This document shows, piece by piece, positions 28,744 through 39,479 of a stretch of DNA of 64,000 nt. The DNA is from a virus. The DNA is taken from positions 1 through 64,000 of the IMG/VR virus record IMGVR_UViG_3300020733_000013. One strand, 5' to 3'. Numbering within the stretch: position 1 is the stretch's first letter; each line of letters opens with the position of its first letter. The notes below the pieces were generated by a model that ran no database searches, was not told the origin of the DNA, and saw only the letters and a program-made list of their open reading frames with translations. The position numbers and the translations under genes are program-made.

Positions 28744-29904
28744 ATGTCTGGATTCTTTCAGAATCTTTTATCTGATGCCGCAAAAGGCTTCTTTGGGACA
28801 ACTTACTTGCGTGATTATCAACATGCAAGTAAGACCTTTAGAACCAATGGTTACGCATACTCACCAAAACTCAAGTTCTTATTTCATGTCTATTTTGAAA
28901 TCAACGAACAATATATTTCATCAACCAAAGATTGGCCAGCAGACCATAACTTTGGTTTGTTAGTAAAGTCAATTCAATTACCTAAATATTCATTTGATCT
29001 ATCAGTATTAAATCAATACAACCGTAAACGTATCGTTCAGACCAAGATCAAATATGACCCTGTACAGATCACATTCCATGATGATAACGCAAGTTTGATT
29101 CGTAAATTGTGGTATACATACTACACTTACCATTATAAAGATGGTACATACACAGACCAATCTGAACAAAAGGCTGCTGCACAATCAGGCGGCGCATCAT
29201 CTCCTAACATAAATCTAAATGATCGTACTATCTATAAAAACAACTTAGAAGGTCAGTTAGATTGGGGCTATATAGGTGAAGGTCAATTGCCACCTTCAAT
29301 TACAGCCGGTGTCGAAAGCGGCACAAATAAGATTCCATTCTTTAAAGCTATTAACATTTATGGCTTTAATCAACACAATTTTGCTTTGTATAGATTGATT
29401 AACCCTGTTATTGAAAGTTTTGGTCATGATACTTATGACTATAGTAACAACAATAGCGGTATGGAAAATCAAATGACCATTCAATACGAAACGGTAAAGT
29501 ATTATGAAGGTGCATTAGATGGCAAGACTCCTGGTAGCACGGTGAAGAACTTTGGAGATCCTGCACATTATGACACTACTCCTAGCCCAATCGCACAACC
29601 AGGTAGTAATAGTACTATTATGGGTCAAGGCGGCTTAGTTGATGCTGCCGGTGGTATTATGAATGACTTAGCACAAGGTCACTGGGCTGACGCTATTCAA
29701 AAAGCAGGTGTTGCGGCTAACACATTTAAGAATCCTGCAAATATATTAAATATTGCTAAGGGTGAAGTATTAAGCGGAGTCACTAGTGATATTAACGGAA
29801 CTGCAACTAGAAATAATTTGTTTAGTTTCCCAATAGATCAGGCTAGTGGTGCAATCAACAAGGTAAAATCTGCGCTTAATAGTGGTCCTAAAGTAGGAAA
29901 CTAA
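28744..29904 (+). CDS. Tube-fold baseplate/tube-initiator protein
   Basis: VKSIQLP, YDPVQITFHDD, LINPVI..F.HD, IQYE tube-like motifs. Confidence 0.65.
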   Translation: MSGFFQNLLSDAAKGFFGTTYLRDYQHASKTFRTNGYAYSPKLKFLFHVYFEINEQYISSTKDWPADHNFGLLVKSIQLPKYSFDLSVLNQYNRKRIVQTKIKYDPVQITFHDDNASLIRKLWYTYYTYHYKDGTYTDQSEQKAAAQSGGASSPNINLNDRTIYKNNLEGQLDWGYIGEGQLPPSITAGVESGTNKIPFFKAINIYGFNQHNFALYRLINPVIESFGHDTYDYSNNNSGMENQMTIQYETVKYYEGALDGKTPGSTVKNFGDPAHYDTTPSPIAQPGSNSTIMGQGGLVDAAGGIMNDLAQGHWADAIQKAGVAANTFKNPANILNIAKGEVLSGVTSDINGTATRNNLFSFPIDQASGAINKVKSALNSGPKVGN

Positions 29905-29908
29905 TACC

Positions 29909-30271
29909 ATGGCACAAATTATTGACGCACCACAATCTAATTTAGATAAAACAGTTAGAGTATTTGATTCATTCTATAATATTGATATCAATATTCCAAT
30001 GGATCAATATGATATTGTTCGTTCATACTTTGTTAAAACATGTTCAAGTCTTGATGTTGCAGATAACTTTACCGAATTATTGTTTAGGATATCAGCACTA
30101 ACAAACCAAGATGTTATGCTATTGTTAGATAGTTTGCAAGGCACAACAAAGATTCAAATGAATGGATTACTTGCTTATTATCTAAACAGTATTAGAAGTA
30201 AAACAACACTATATGGGATTAGCAACACACCACAACCTAATCCAAGTGTACAACGAAACGTGGTAATCTAA
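29909..30271 (+). CDS. Hypothetical protein
   Basis: 120-aa ORF in the tail operon. Confidence 0.7.
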   Translation: MAQIIDAPQSNLDKTVRVFDSFYNIDINIPMDQYDIVRSYFVKTCSSLDVADNFTELLFRISALTNQDVMLLLDSLQGTTKIQMNGLLAYYLNSIRSKTTLYGISNTPQPNPSVQRNVVI

Positions 30272-30723
30272 TGGCTAAGTGGGCACAAGGAATTTATGTA
30301 GTTCAAAACCCTGAAAAGTATATTGGTAAGGGTAGACCTAAGTATCGTAGTGGTTGGGAATTTACGTTTATGCAATTTTGTGACAACAACAAAAATGTAT
30401 TGAAATGGGCAAGTGAACCACTATTCATTCCTTATCGTAGCCCATTAGATGGTAAGATGCACAATTATGTTCCTGACTTTTTGGTAGTCTATCAAAATCG
30501 TCATGGTAATCAAATTGCTGAAATGGTTGAGATTAAACCAAAGAAACAAAGTCTAATTGAAAGTCGTGTTGCTAATGCTAGAGATAGAGCAGTAGTGGCA
30601 GTCAATCATGCTAAGTGGGGTGCTGCAATGGCATACTGTAAACAAGCTGGACTTACTTTTAGAGTCATCACGGAATCCGATTTATTTTACAGCGGCAAAG
30701 CGGATTATAAGAAAAAACACTAA
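30271..30723 (+). CDS. Head completion nuclease (gp4-like, TnsA fold)
   Basis: NPEKY, YRSGWE, WASE, YVPDF, EIKP, AKW, FRVITE. Confidence 0.9.
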   Translation: MAKWAQGIYVVQNPEKYIGKGRPKYRSGWEFTFMQFCDNNKNVLKWASEPLFIPYRSPLDGKMHNYVPDFLVVYQNRHGNQIAEMVEIKPKKQSLIESRVANARDRAVVAVNHAKWGAAMAYCKQAGLTFRVITESDLFYSGKADYKKKH

Positions 30724-30798
30724 GTATCTCTTGGGACAGAGTAAATTACATTTTGGAAAATAGAAACCGAATAAATACTACTATTATAGGATAGTAGA

Positions 30799-31287
30799 AT
30801 GACCAAGAAATTAAGTGAACTTTTTGACCTACCCCCTTCTGATGATAATGTCAATGAAGAATTGATAGAAGCGGAACAGGTTCAAGAAGTTACACAAGAA
30901 GCATATTCAAATTTAGAAAAAATTGAGAATGCACTACCACAAGTTCGTGGATTAGAGGCCAGTGACACTGAGATGGATACACTTGCACAATTAGCAACGG
31001 AAAGCTACAAAGACTTAATGGACTTGGGAATGCAAGTTGATAGCCGTTTTGCTAGTGAAATATTCAACAGTGCTGGAACTATGTTAGGTCATGCTATCAC
31101 GGCAAAGACCGCAAAGATTAACAAGAAACTTAAGATGCTAGATTTGCAACTTAAGAAAGCAGCACTTGACCAAAAAGTTGCAGCAAAAACTGAAGAAATT
31201 GAGAATGTACCTGTTGGAGAAGGTAGCTTAGTAGACCGTAATGAACTACTGAAAACTATTCTGGCAAGTAAAAAACAAGACAAGTGA
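30799..31287 (+). CDS. Putative terminase small subunit (gp16-like)
   Basis: Helical pattern YKDLMDLG...EIF...AK..KL...DRNELLK; position after the gp4-like gene. Confidence 0.5.
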   Translation: MTKKLSELFDLPPSDDNVNEELIEAEQVQEVTQEAYSNLEKIENALPQVRGLEASDTEMDTLAQLATESYKDLMDLGMQVDSRFASEIFNSAGTMLGHAITAKTAKINKKLKMLDLQLKKAALDQKVAAKTEEIENVPVGEGSLVDRNELLKTILASKKQDK

Positions 31288-31313
31288 TAAATAATTAATA
31301 CAGGAATTAAACA

Positions 31314-31931
31314 ATGAAAAGCCTACGTCATTATCTAATGGAAAGTGTCAGAACATATCGTTACACGATTAAAATCGCTGGCGATGTCGATAAGAATTTT
31401 ATCGACTTGTTCACACACAATCTTACAAAATTCGATCCAGTAAAGATTGAAGACTCAAAAACTACTCCAGTTCAAAAAGATCCATATGGATTTCCTGACC
31501 TACAGAATGAATCTATTACGATTATTAAAGCAGAGTTCAAGTACCCTGCAACTGAACCAATGATTCAGCAAATTGCACAATTGTTAGGTAAGAACATCAA
31601 TACTGTACGTGTATTAACTACAGATTATGATGACAGTATCAACAGTGAAGCAGACAAATATGCTAATCAAATGGATGCAGAAGAAAAACAAGCATTACTA
31701 AACACTGAAACATTAGAAGATAATGGTAAAGAAGCAAGCAAAGAATATGCAAATCAATACTTAGATAAGGTTGTTCCTAAGAAGCCAAGTATTGATATTC
31801 CTTATGCAGGCAAACAAACTCCTACTCAACCTAACAAGAGTAAAGAAGGAATCAACACAACTAGTGCTATGGGCAACGGTCGTGTTACAATGCCAGCAAA
31901 ACCACAAACAGGCTCTAGAAAGGCAGGATGA
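31314..31931 (+). CDS. Hypothetical late (possible head) protein
   Basis: MKSLRHYLMES leader; late promoter. Confidence 0.65.
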   Translation: MKSLRHYLMESVRTYRYTIKIAGDVDKNFIDLFTHNLTKFDPVKIEDSKTTPVQKDPYGFPDLQNESITIIKAEFKYPATEPMIQQIAQLLGKNINTVRVLTTDYDDSINSEADKYANQMDAEEKQALLNTETLEDNGKEASKEYANQYLDKVVPKKPSIDIPYAGKQTPTQPNKSKEGINTTSAMGNGRVTMPAKPQTGSRKAG

Positions 31932-32170
31932 TGGTGGATTTTACTACTAGTCAATTGTCATGGATAGTAGTTGGTGCATGTGGCATTGGTGGTACTGGTT
32001 ACCTCTCAATGAATGCCAATATCAACGATCTAAATACTAAGACAACAGTTATTCAAGTTAAAGCAGAAAATGCAGAATCAAAAATGAATGACATGGGTAA
32101 ACAATTAGATAGAATTGAACAAGCGTTAGCAGTATTGCAAGAAACGCAAAATAGAAAAGGATCAAAATAA
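31928..32170 (+). CDS. Small membrane-anchored coiled-coil protein
   Basis: N-terminal hydrophobic stretch followed by a coiled coil. Confidence 0.6.
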   Translation: MMVDFTTSQLSWIVVGACGIGGTGYLSMNANINDLNTKTTVIQVKAENAESKMNDMGKQLDRIEQALAVLQETQNRKGSK

Positions 32171-34554
32171 TGGATTTTAAAAGCCTATTACAGTCATTCG
32201 ACACATTGAGCGAAGCTGAAACAAAAGATACAAAGACTGGTAGAGTCCATAAAGGTGACTATGGTAATAGTTACGATGCAGGCGAAGACCATGAAGTTAA
32301 AAGTGCTACTGCTCCTAAAAAGGGACGTGGTCGTCCTAAGAAAGGCAGTGGCGATTCTGGCGAAGTCAAATCATACGATACTAAATCAATTGGTAATGTG
32401 TTTGGTGCTGGTTCAAAGCCAAACAAGTCAGTTGGAACAGTTTCTAAAAAGCATTCATTAAAAGAATATATTGAAAGTGTTGAATCTAGTAAACAACTAG
32501 ATGAAGCAGTTATTGCTCCTACTCAACCAACAAATGGTATGGGTGGAAAACAAACTAGTTCTGGTAACCCACAACAAGATGCACAAAAAAATGCAGCAAT
32601 TAGCAACAATGCTAGAACAGCAATTAGTAAGTTAAGCAATGCTGGAATTAGTATTCCTAACAAATCACAAGCTGCAAATACAGCAATGAAGGCAGCGATA
32701 CAACCAAATGCTCAACCAACTCCGCAAGACAAAGATGCTGAAATGAATTTAGCAGCACAAGTAAATAATTTACTTTCAAAAGCTCCTGAAAGTCAAGTTG
32801 ACCAATTTACAAACGTTATTAAACAAATGACAAAATCTGCGGCTCCATCAGGATTATCAGAAGAAGCAGTTGAAGAGGGCAAAGACGAAGGCAAGCCAGG
32901 TAAGAACTTTGCTAAGATTGCCAAGTCAGCAGGTGCACATTATGGTTCAAAAGCTGCTGGCGAACGTGTAGCAGGTGCAGTTCGTGCTAAGTTAATGAAA
33001 CAAGGTAAACTTGAAGAATCTGCCGAAGAAAAATCATACACATGTGTACATGCTAAAAAAGGTAAATGTGAAGTAACTGCTACCACGAGCTATGATGCGG
33101 CTAAAAAGGCAGCAGCTAAATGGAAACTCAACAGCACATCTGGAATTGATGCACACTTAAACACAACAAAAGTTGCAGTAGATGAAGCAGCTAAGCCAGA
33201 CTTCTTAGACATGGACAAAGACGGTAACAAGAAAGAAAGTTTCAAGAAAGCCGTAAATGATAAAAAGTCTAAAAAGAAAGTAGCTGAAAGCCGCATTCAC
33301 GAAGATTCAGATTATACATATGAAACGGTTGCTAAAGTATTGGCACGTGAGAAGCCAGGATTGAATACTAGTTCAGATGATTTTTCAAGTGCAGTTTACC
33401 ATGAACTAATTGCTATTGGTATGACTCCAAAATCAGCACATAACTTAATGAGTTTCAATGAAGACTTTTTGAGTGATGTAGCAACATCATATGAGCACTA
33501 TCAAACAAACCCATCATTAGATGAAGGTGCAACTGAAGATTTTGCACAAAAAGCTCCTGGAATCAAGCCAAGCAAAGTTGTTCAAGTTCCAGCAAAACAA
33601 GAACCTACTCCATGGAAAGTAGATCCAATTAACGCGGCTACAGATAGAGCATACAATTTTATCTCTAACTTACGCAAAGACAAAACATTTGAAAGTGACG
33701 ATATGAAAGACGTACAATTTGAAAGCTGGGAAAAACAGCTAAACGGTTTATTGAATGAAGGTATCACAGTATCAACAAGTACTGGTCAGCAAGGTGCTCC
33801 TGATTCAGTAAGCATCAATGCAACTGATGCAGACGCAGAACAACTATTGTCAGTACTACGTACTGCTGGTGTTGGCGTATTTGGTGGCAACGAAAAACCA
33901 GAAATTGGTTACGGTGTAGCGCAAGGTGGTGAAGAAGAACCAACAGGTACAGGTACAGAACCAGAAGCAGCTCCGGAAGTAGTTGGTGACGAAGGCGACA
34001 TGTTAGCATTGATTAAGAAAATGGCTGGTATGGGTGATGAAGGTTCATCACACGGTGGTGACTATGAAGATGAAGAAAGTTCAGAAGAATCACAAGATGG
34101 TACATTAGAACCAGCTAGTGCAGATGACGAAGAATCTGATGACGAGGAAGAAGAACAAACTGATGAAGGTAATGCTTTCACTGGTAAATTGAAAGACACA
34201 CCAAAAGGTGGAGAATTCAAAATGGGTGATAAAGAGTACAAAGACACAAGTTCTATTGAAGAAAACGAAGAAATGTGTGATGAATGCGGTTACACTATGA
34301 ACGAGTGTGAATGTGAACATGAACACGGTGACGAAGACCAAGTTGAAGAATGCTGGGCTAACGATGCAGGTGGTGACGCTGAAGGTGGTACAGAATTGAT
34401 GAAACTAAAAGCATTGTTGAGCATGGGCAATGACTTGCACAAAATGAAACGTAGTCAGTCTGTTGGTAATCCAACAAAAGTCACAATGGAAGATACATTG
34501 ATGAAAAACTCAACAGAAATGTTGACTGACTGGAAAAAGTTAAGCGGAATCTAA
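32170..34554 (+). CDS. Large modular internal head protein
   Basis: Many L/V/I-x-E sites, AT-hook KKGRGRPKK, acidic tracts, ends WKKLSGI. Confidence 0.6.
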   Translation: MDFKSLLQSFDTLSEAETKDTKTGRVHKGDYGNSYDAGEDHEVKSATAPKKGRGRPKKGSGDSGEVKSYDTKSIGNVFGAGSKPNKSVGTVSKKHSLKEYIESVESSKQLDEAVIAPTQPTNGMGGKQTSSGNPQQDAQKNAAISNNARTAISKLSNAGISIPNKSQAANTAMKAAIQPNAQPTPQDKDAEMNLAAQVNNLLSKAPESQVDQFTNVIKQMTKSAAPSGLSEEAVEEGKDEGKPGKNFAKIAKSAGAHYGSKAAGERVAGAVRAKLMKQGKLEESAEEKSYTCVHAKKGKCEVTATTSYDAAKKAAAKWKLNSTSGIDAHLNTTKVAVDEAAKPDFLDMDKDGNKKESFKKAVNDKKSKKKVAESRIHEDSDYTYETVAKVLAREKPGLNTSSDDFSSAVYHELIAIGMTPKSAHNLMSFNEDFLSDVATSYEHYQTNPSLDEGATEDFAQKAPGIKPSKVVQVPAKQEPTPWKVDPINAATDRAYNFISNLRKDKTFESDDMKDVQFESWEKQLNGLLNEGITVSTSTGQQGAPDSVSINATDADAEQLLSVLRTAGVGVFGGNEKPEIGYGVAQGGEEEPTGTGTEPEAAPEVVGDEGDMLALIKKMAGMGDEGSSHGGDYEDEESSEESQDGTLEPASADDEESDDEEEEQTDEGNAFTGKLKDTPKGGEFKMGDKEYKDTSSIEENEEMCDECGYTMNECECEHEHGDEDQVEECWANDAGGDAEGGTELMKLKALLSMGNDLHKMKRSQSVGNPTKVTMEDTLMKNSTEMLTDWKKLSGI

Positions 34555-34575
34555 AAACAAAAAATCCGCATTTTG

Positions 34576-34603
34576 AATAGCCCGCTAGTCGGGCTATTTT
34601 TTT
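34576..34603 (+). terminator. Intrinsic terminator
   Basis: AATAGCCCG-ctagt-CGGGCTATT followed by a T run. Confidence 0.85.
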
Positions 34604-34654
34604 GGGTTGCATAGACCTTTGTAAACGATAAATACGTAATAAGGTGAACTAAAT

Positions 34655-37600
34655 ATGGCACAACAGATTATTGACTTTGGAGCATTTCCAAACGATCCAA
34701 CAGCAGATCCAATTAGAGATGCATTCGCAAAGGTACAAAACAATTTTACAGACTTATACTCAACTGTTTTAAGTACGGGTGTTACCGCAGTTGATGTAGG
34801 TGAAGGTCTATCACAAAACAGAAATACTGGTAACATCATTATCAATACTAATTTTCCTAGTATTACTATTCGCACAGGCCCTGGATTATTAGTTGGTATT
34901 ACAAACCCAACAAGCAATAGCACAACTATTTCATCATACAATACACCTTTTACAATTGCATTAGACCAAACAATTAACACAAGTAATGCACAGTTTTCAA
35001 ACACCACTACAGGTAATCTATTAGTCACTAACTTTGTTCAAGGTGACTTTGTGCCATCTGGTAACATGGTCCACAGTTTAGGAACACCTACCAATCGTTG
35101 GAAAGACTTATGGATTAGTGGTAATACCATTAATGCCGGAGACGCTCAAATTAAGAGTAATGGAGCTAATGTTCTTCTACCAAATACTACTATTAGCGGA
35201 ACATTGGATGTAGGTACTGTTACTGCCACATACATGAGTGGTACATTAACATCAAGTAGTCAACCAAATATTACTAGTGTCGGTGTTCTTGATAATTTAT
35301 CAGTATCAGGTGATATTAGTTCAGGTAATTTGTCAGTATCAGGTGACCTACAAGCAGCAGCATTAACTGTTACTGGACAATTCAGTGCAGGTACTATTAC
35401 AGGTAATATTGTATTACCACCCGGTGCTACAATTCAAGCTCCTGGTTCAGACACACAATTATTGTTTAACAGTGGTGGCAACACTGCTGCCGCAACAGGT
35501 GTCACGTTTAATCAGTCATCTGGTTTATTAAGTATTGCTGGTAACGTTGCTGGTGGTAATTTAGTAACAGGCGGTCTATTAAGTGTAAGTGGACAGGCAA
35601 ACTTACAAGGTGGAGTGATTGCACCAAGTGCTAACGTAACTGGAACAATGAACGTTGGTATTATGATTACACCAAACATTACAGGTTTGAACGGTTTATT
35701 AACTGTTACTGGTAATGCAAGTATTGGAAACATCACTGCTGTGAGTAGTATCACCGGTGGTGTCATTTCTATGAGTGGTGATATTAGTGGTGCAAACTTA
35801 GTAGGTAGCGGAGCATTACAAATTACAGGTGTTGCAAACGCAGGCGCACTAACAACACCAGGAACATTAAATGTTACCGGAACAAGTAACTTAGGCAACA
35901 CAGTTATCAATGGTACATTAACTGGTCCATCAAATATTATTACAGTTAACGGAAACTTAACTGGTGCAACATTAATTTCTTCTAACATCATTAACATTAC
36001 TGCTAATGCAAACTTAGGTAATGTTATCACACCGGGTATTGTTCGTGCAAGTAGTTCAATCACTGGTTTGTCATTTGTATCAAATACAACAATCACTGCA
36101 AGCAACACTATTACTGGTGGTAACTTGTTTACTGCTGGAACATTGACAGCAGGTGATACTACTGTTAATAACCATACAGTAAACGGTACATTGACTGCTA
36201 ACAGTACAATGATTGTTAATGGCACATTGACCGCTTACAATATATTGACGGCAAACTCAGGACTAAACACATTTGGTACATTAACAGCTAATGGTCCTGC
36301 ATACTTCAATAACTCATTCACTACAAACGGAACATTCAACGCTAACGGTGCTTTTGTTGCATACAGTACGTTAACAGCTAATGGTGCATTCACTGCTAAT
36401 AGTACTATCCAAGCTAATGGACAGATTTCTAGTAATGCAAACATATCTGGTGCAAACTTAACTACTGGTGGTATATTATTTGCCAATGGACAAATCACAA
36501 GTAATGCAAACATTAACGGTGTTAACTTAATTACAAACGGTGTTGTTCGTGCATCAAGCCATGTTATCACTAGCGGAAACGTATACACTAACGGATTGAC
36601 TGCTAACTCAGATATTAACGTAAATAATGGTTCAAACTTAACAGCACAGGGTGCTATTAGAGCTATTGCAGCATTGCGTGGTGGTACTGTTTATTCAGAT
36701 GGTATATTGAATGCAACAGGTGGTATCACTGGTGCTACAATGACATCCAATGGTGCAATATCAGCACTTGGATTAGTAACAGCAAACGCTGGTATGAATA
36801 TTCCAAATGGTATATTAAGTGTTGCTAACGATGCAAACGTATTAGGTAACCATAGTGTTTATGGAACATTACTTGCTAATGCCGTATTCAATAGTGTAGG
36901 TCCATTGAATTCATACGGTGGATTAACTGCTAACAGTACAGTATTGATTACTGCAAATGGAACATTCACTGCGAATGGACCAGCATACTTCAATAACGCA
37001 TTTACAACAAATGGTTCATTCACTGCAAATAATGCATTAACTGCTAATGGTACACTAACAGCTAATGGAACAGCTACATTCAATAATACGTTTCAAGCAT
37101 ACGGTGCAATGCAAGCAAATAGCACATTCACTGCTAATGGACAAATCACTAGTAACGCAAACGTTCAAGGCGCTAACTTGTATACAGGTGGTAGACTAAC
37201 TGTATTGCAAAATGCAAACATTGGTAACATTGGTACAACAAACATTGTTGCAACTGGTAATGCAAACGTTAATGGTGCGTTGTTTGCAAATGGTAACATC
37301 CAAGGTGCTAACTTATCCGCAAATGGCAACATATTTGTTTCAGGCAACAGTAATATTACAGGTAATAGTGTAATGTATGGTTACCATACAGTAACTGGTA
37401 ACATCACTGGTGGTAATTTAATAACATTAGGTACTGCCAACGTAGGTAGTTTACAAACAACAGGTAACATTACAAGTGGTAACATAACTGTTGGTGGAAA
37501 TATTGGTGTAACTAATATTCTTGGATCGGGAAATATCCAAGGTGCTAACATTATTACTGGTGGTTTAGTAAATGCCGTTGGTACCATAACCGGTGCAAGT

Positions 37601-38848
37601 TTTATCACTGCGGGTACATTGAATGCAAACGGAGCAGTTGTATCTAATGCAAACGTGAGTGGTGCAAACTTAACAACCAATGGTTTGGTAAGTTCAAATA
37701 CACTAGTAACAAGTAATAATGCAACTATTGGTGGAAATTTAAGTGGAGCAAACTTAACAACAAGTGGTTTGGTAAGTTCAAATACATTAACTACTACAAA
37801 CAATGCAACAATTGGTGGAAATCACTTAGTATTAGTCAATAGTAGAACAGTTGGAAATCAAAACGTAGGTGTTGCTATCACTACTACTGCCGCAGCAAAC
37901 GTGGGTGGGGTAAGAACTATTAGTTTCGCAGATCAAGGATATATTCCTTTTGCTAGTGGAACAACAATTTATGTTTCTGGAGTTGTGCCAAGTGGATACA
38001 ACGGAACTTACACAGTTCAAACAGGAACAAGTTCAAGTGTAAGTTATACCGGTGGCACTGGTACTGGTTCTCAAACTGGTGCAGGTCAAGTTACAAATAA
38101 TAGTTCACTGACAGTCGTTGGGAACATTTCATCAGGTAACATTACAGTAGGTGGAAATATTGTTGCAGGTAATGTTAATGGTAATATTTTCAAAGCAACG
38201 AACTTGTTGGGCGAGGGTGGTAATTTAAGCAACATCAATGCATCAAACGTTGTTGGTGTAGTTAGTACTGCAAATTTTGCAAGTTTTTCAACCAACGCAA
38301 CTTTTGCAAGTAATGCAACTTTTGCAACTAATGCAAGTAATGCAGCTTTTGCAACTAATGCAGGTAATGCAACAACAGTTCTTGGATCAACACAAACTAA
38401 TATTACAACAGTTGGTACACTAACTGGATTGTCAGTTAGTGGTGCATTTAACGGTAGCAACATCACTGCAACAGGTAATATTGGTGGTACAAATATTACT
38501 GCTAGTGGATTTGTTGTCAGAAGTTCAACATCAGGATTGACTGCAACAGGAACAACACAAGGTACAGCACTTGTATTAACAACGCAGATTAATGTGATTA
38601 CAACATCAGTTTATGGTACTAATGATTCAGTAAGATTACCAACAATCACACCTGGTATTACTGCATTGATTATCAATGCATCTAGTGCAAACATTAGAGT
38701 ATGGCCTACACCAAGTACAGTTATTGATAGTTTAGGTACTACTGGTTCACCGCAAGCGTTTATAGTTGGACCCGGAGTAAAAATTGAATTCGTTGCAACA
38801 TCATTGTCACAATGGTATTCATTAGTTGGATATGCAGTATACAGTTAA
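34655..38848 (+). CDS. Long tail fibre/spike with beta-solenoid repeats
   Basis: N-term IDFGAFPNDPTADPIRDAF.K.Q.NF.DLY fibre anchor; dozens of TANG/GNI repeats. Confidence 0.8.
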   Translation: MAQQIIDFGAFPNDPTADPIRDAFAKVQNNFTDLYSTVLSTGVTAVDVGEGLSQNRNTGNIIINTNFPSITIRTGPGLLVGITNPTSNSTTISSYNTPFTIALDQTINTSNAQFSNTTTGNLLVTNFVQGDFVPSGNMVHSLGTPTNRWKDLWISGNTINAGDAQIKSNGANVLLPNTTISGTLDVGTVTATYMSGTLTSSSQPNITSVGVLDNLSVSGDISSGNLSVSGDLQAAALTVTGQFSAGTITGNIVLPPGATIQAPGSDTQLLFNSGGNTAAATGVTFNQSSGLLSIAGNVAGGNLVTGGLLSVSGQANLQGGVIAPSANVTGTMNVGIMITPNITGLNGLLTVTGNASIGNITAVSSITGGVISMSGDISGANLVGSGALQITGVANAGALTTPGTLNVTGTSNLGNTVINGTLTGPSNIITVNGNLTGATLISSNIINITANANLGNVITPGIVRASSSITGLSFVSNTTITASNTITGGNLFTAGTLTAGDTTVNNHTVNGTLTANSTMIVNGTLTAYNILTANSGLNTFGTLTANGPAYFNNSFTTNGTFNANGAFVAYSTLTANGAFTANSTIQANGQISSNANISGANLTTGGILFANGQITSNANINGVNLITNGVVRASSHVITSGNVYTNGLTANSDINVNNGSNLTAQGAIRAIAALRGGTVYSDGILNATGGITGATMTSNGAISALGLVTANAGMNIPNGILSVANDANVLGNHSVYGTLLANAVFNSVGPLNSYGGLTANSTVLITANGTFTANGPAYFNNAFTTNGSFTANNALTANGTLTANGTATFNNTFQAYGAMQANSTFTANGQITSNANVQGANLYTGGRLTVLQNANIGNIGTTNIVATGNANVNGALFANGNIQGANLSANGNIFVSGNSNITGNSVMYGYHTVTGNITGGNLITLGTANVGSLQTTGNITSGNITVGGNIGVTNILGSGNIQGANIITGGLVNAVGTITGASFITAGTLNANGAVVSNANVSGANLTTNGLVSSNTLVTSNNATIGGNLSGANLTTSGLVSSNTLTTTNNATIGGNHLVLVNSRTVGNQNVGVAITTTAAANVGGVRTISFADQGYIPFASGTTIYVSGVVPSGYNGTYTVQTGTSSSVSYTGGTGTGSQTGAGQVTNNSSLTVVGNISSGNITVGGNIVAGNVNGNIFKATNLLGEGGNLSNINASNVVGVVSTANFASFSTNATFASNATFATNASNAAFATNAGNATTVLGSTQTNITTVGTLTGLSVSGAFNGSNITATGNIGGTNITASGFVVRSSTSGLTATGTTQGTALVLTTQINVITTSVYGTNDSVRLPTITPGITALIINASSANIRVWPTPSTVIDSLGTTGSPQAFIVGPGVKIEFVATSLSQWYSLVGYAVYS

Positions 38849-38857
38849 GGAGAAAAC

Positions 38858-39478
38858 ATGATTACTTTAGAGATATTACAAAAACTTTGTCCAAAGACAA
38901 AAGTACAGACGTTGCAATTATATGCGACACCCATGCATGAAGTAGCTCAATACTACAACATGTATGACAACATGAAACGTGCAGCAGCGTTTGCAGCGCA
39001 AACAGCACACGAATCAGGTGGTTTTAATTTTGTGAAAGAGAACTTAAACTATTCAGCAGATGGCCTGCAAAAAATATTTCACAAATACTTCTCAGATGCA
39101 GGAGTAGCACAAGAATATGCAAAAAAACCTGAAAAGATTGCTAACCGTGTTTATGCTAATCGTATGGGCAATGGCCCTGAAGAATCAGGTGACGGATATC
39201 GTTTCTGTGGTCGTGGGCTTATTCAATTGACAGGTCGCACAAACTACACTAAGTTTGCACAAGATTTGGGTATCAGCGTTGACGATTGTGTAGCATATAT
39301 GGAAACACCAGAAGGTGCCGTATCTAGTGCAGGTTGGTTTTGGGACAATAACAACTTGAATCAATATTGTGATGGTGATGATTTTGTTACATTGACAAAA
39401 CGTATCAATGGTGGAACTATTGGAATCGAAGATAGACAACAACACTACACATTAGCATTGCAATTGTTACAAGGATAA
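38858..39478 (+). CDS. GH19 (chitinase-like) endolysin
   Basis: AQTAHESG, ENLNYS, GRGLIQLTG, TKRINGG. Confidence 0.92.
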   Translation: MITLEILQKLCPKTKVQTLQLYATPMHEVAQYYNMYDNMKRAAAFAAQTAHESGGFNFVKENLNYSADGLQKIFHKYFSDAGVAQEYAKKPEKIANRVYANRMGNGPEESGDGYRFCGRGLIQLTGRTNYTKFAQDLGISVDDCVAYMETPEGAVSSAGWFWDNNNLNQYCDGDDFVTLTKRINGGTIGIEDRQQHYTLALQLLQG

Positions 39479-39479
39479 T

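Noticed and set aside
35512-38466. Long minus-strand ORFs opposite the fibre genes (also 60081-62720 and 54059-54466)
   Set aside because: These are antisense shadows of repetitive, codon-biased genes, giving V/L/P-rich translations with no RBS or motifs.
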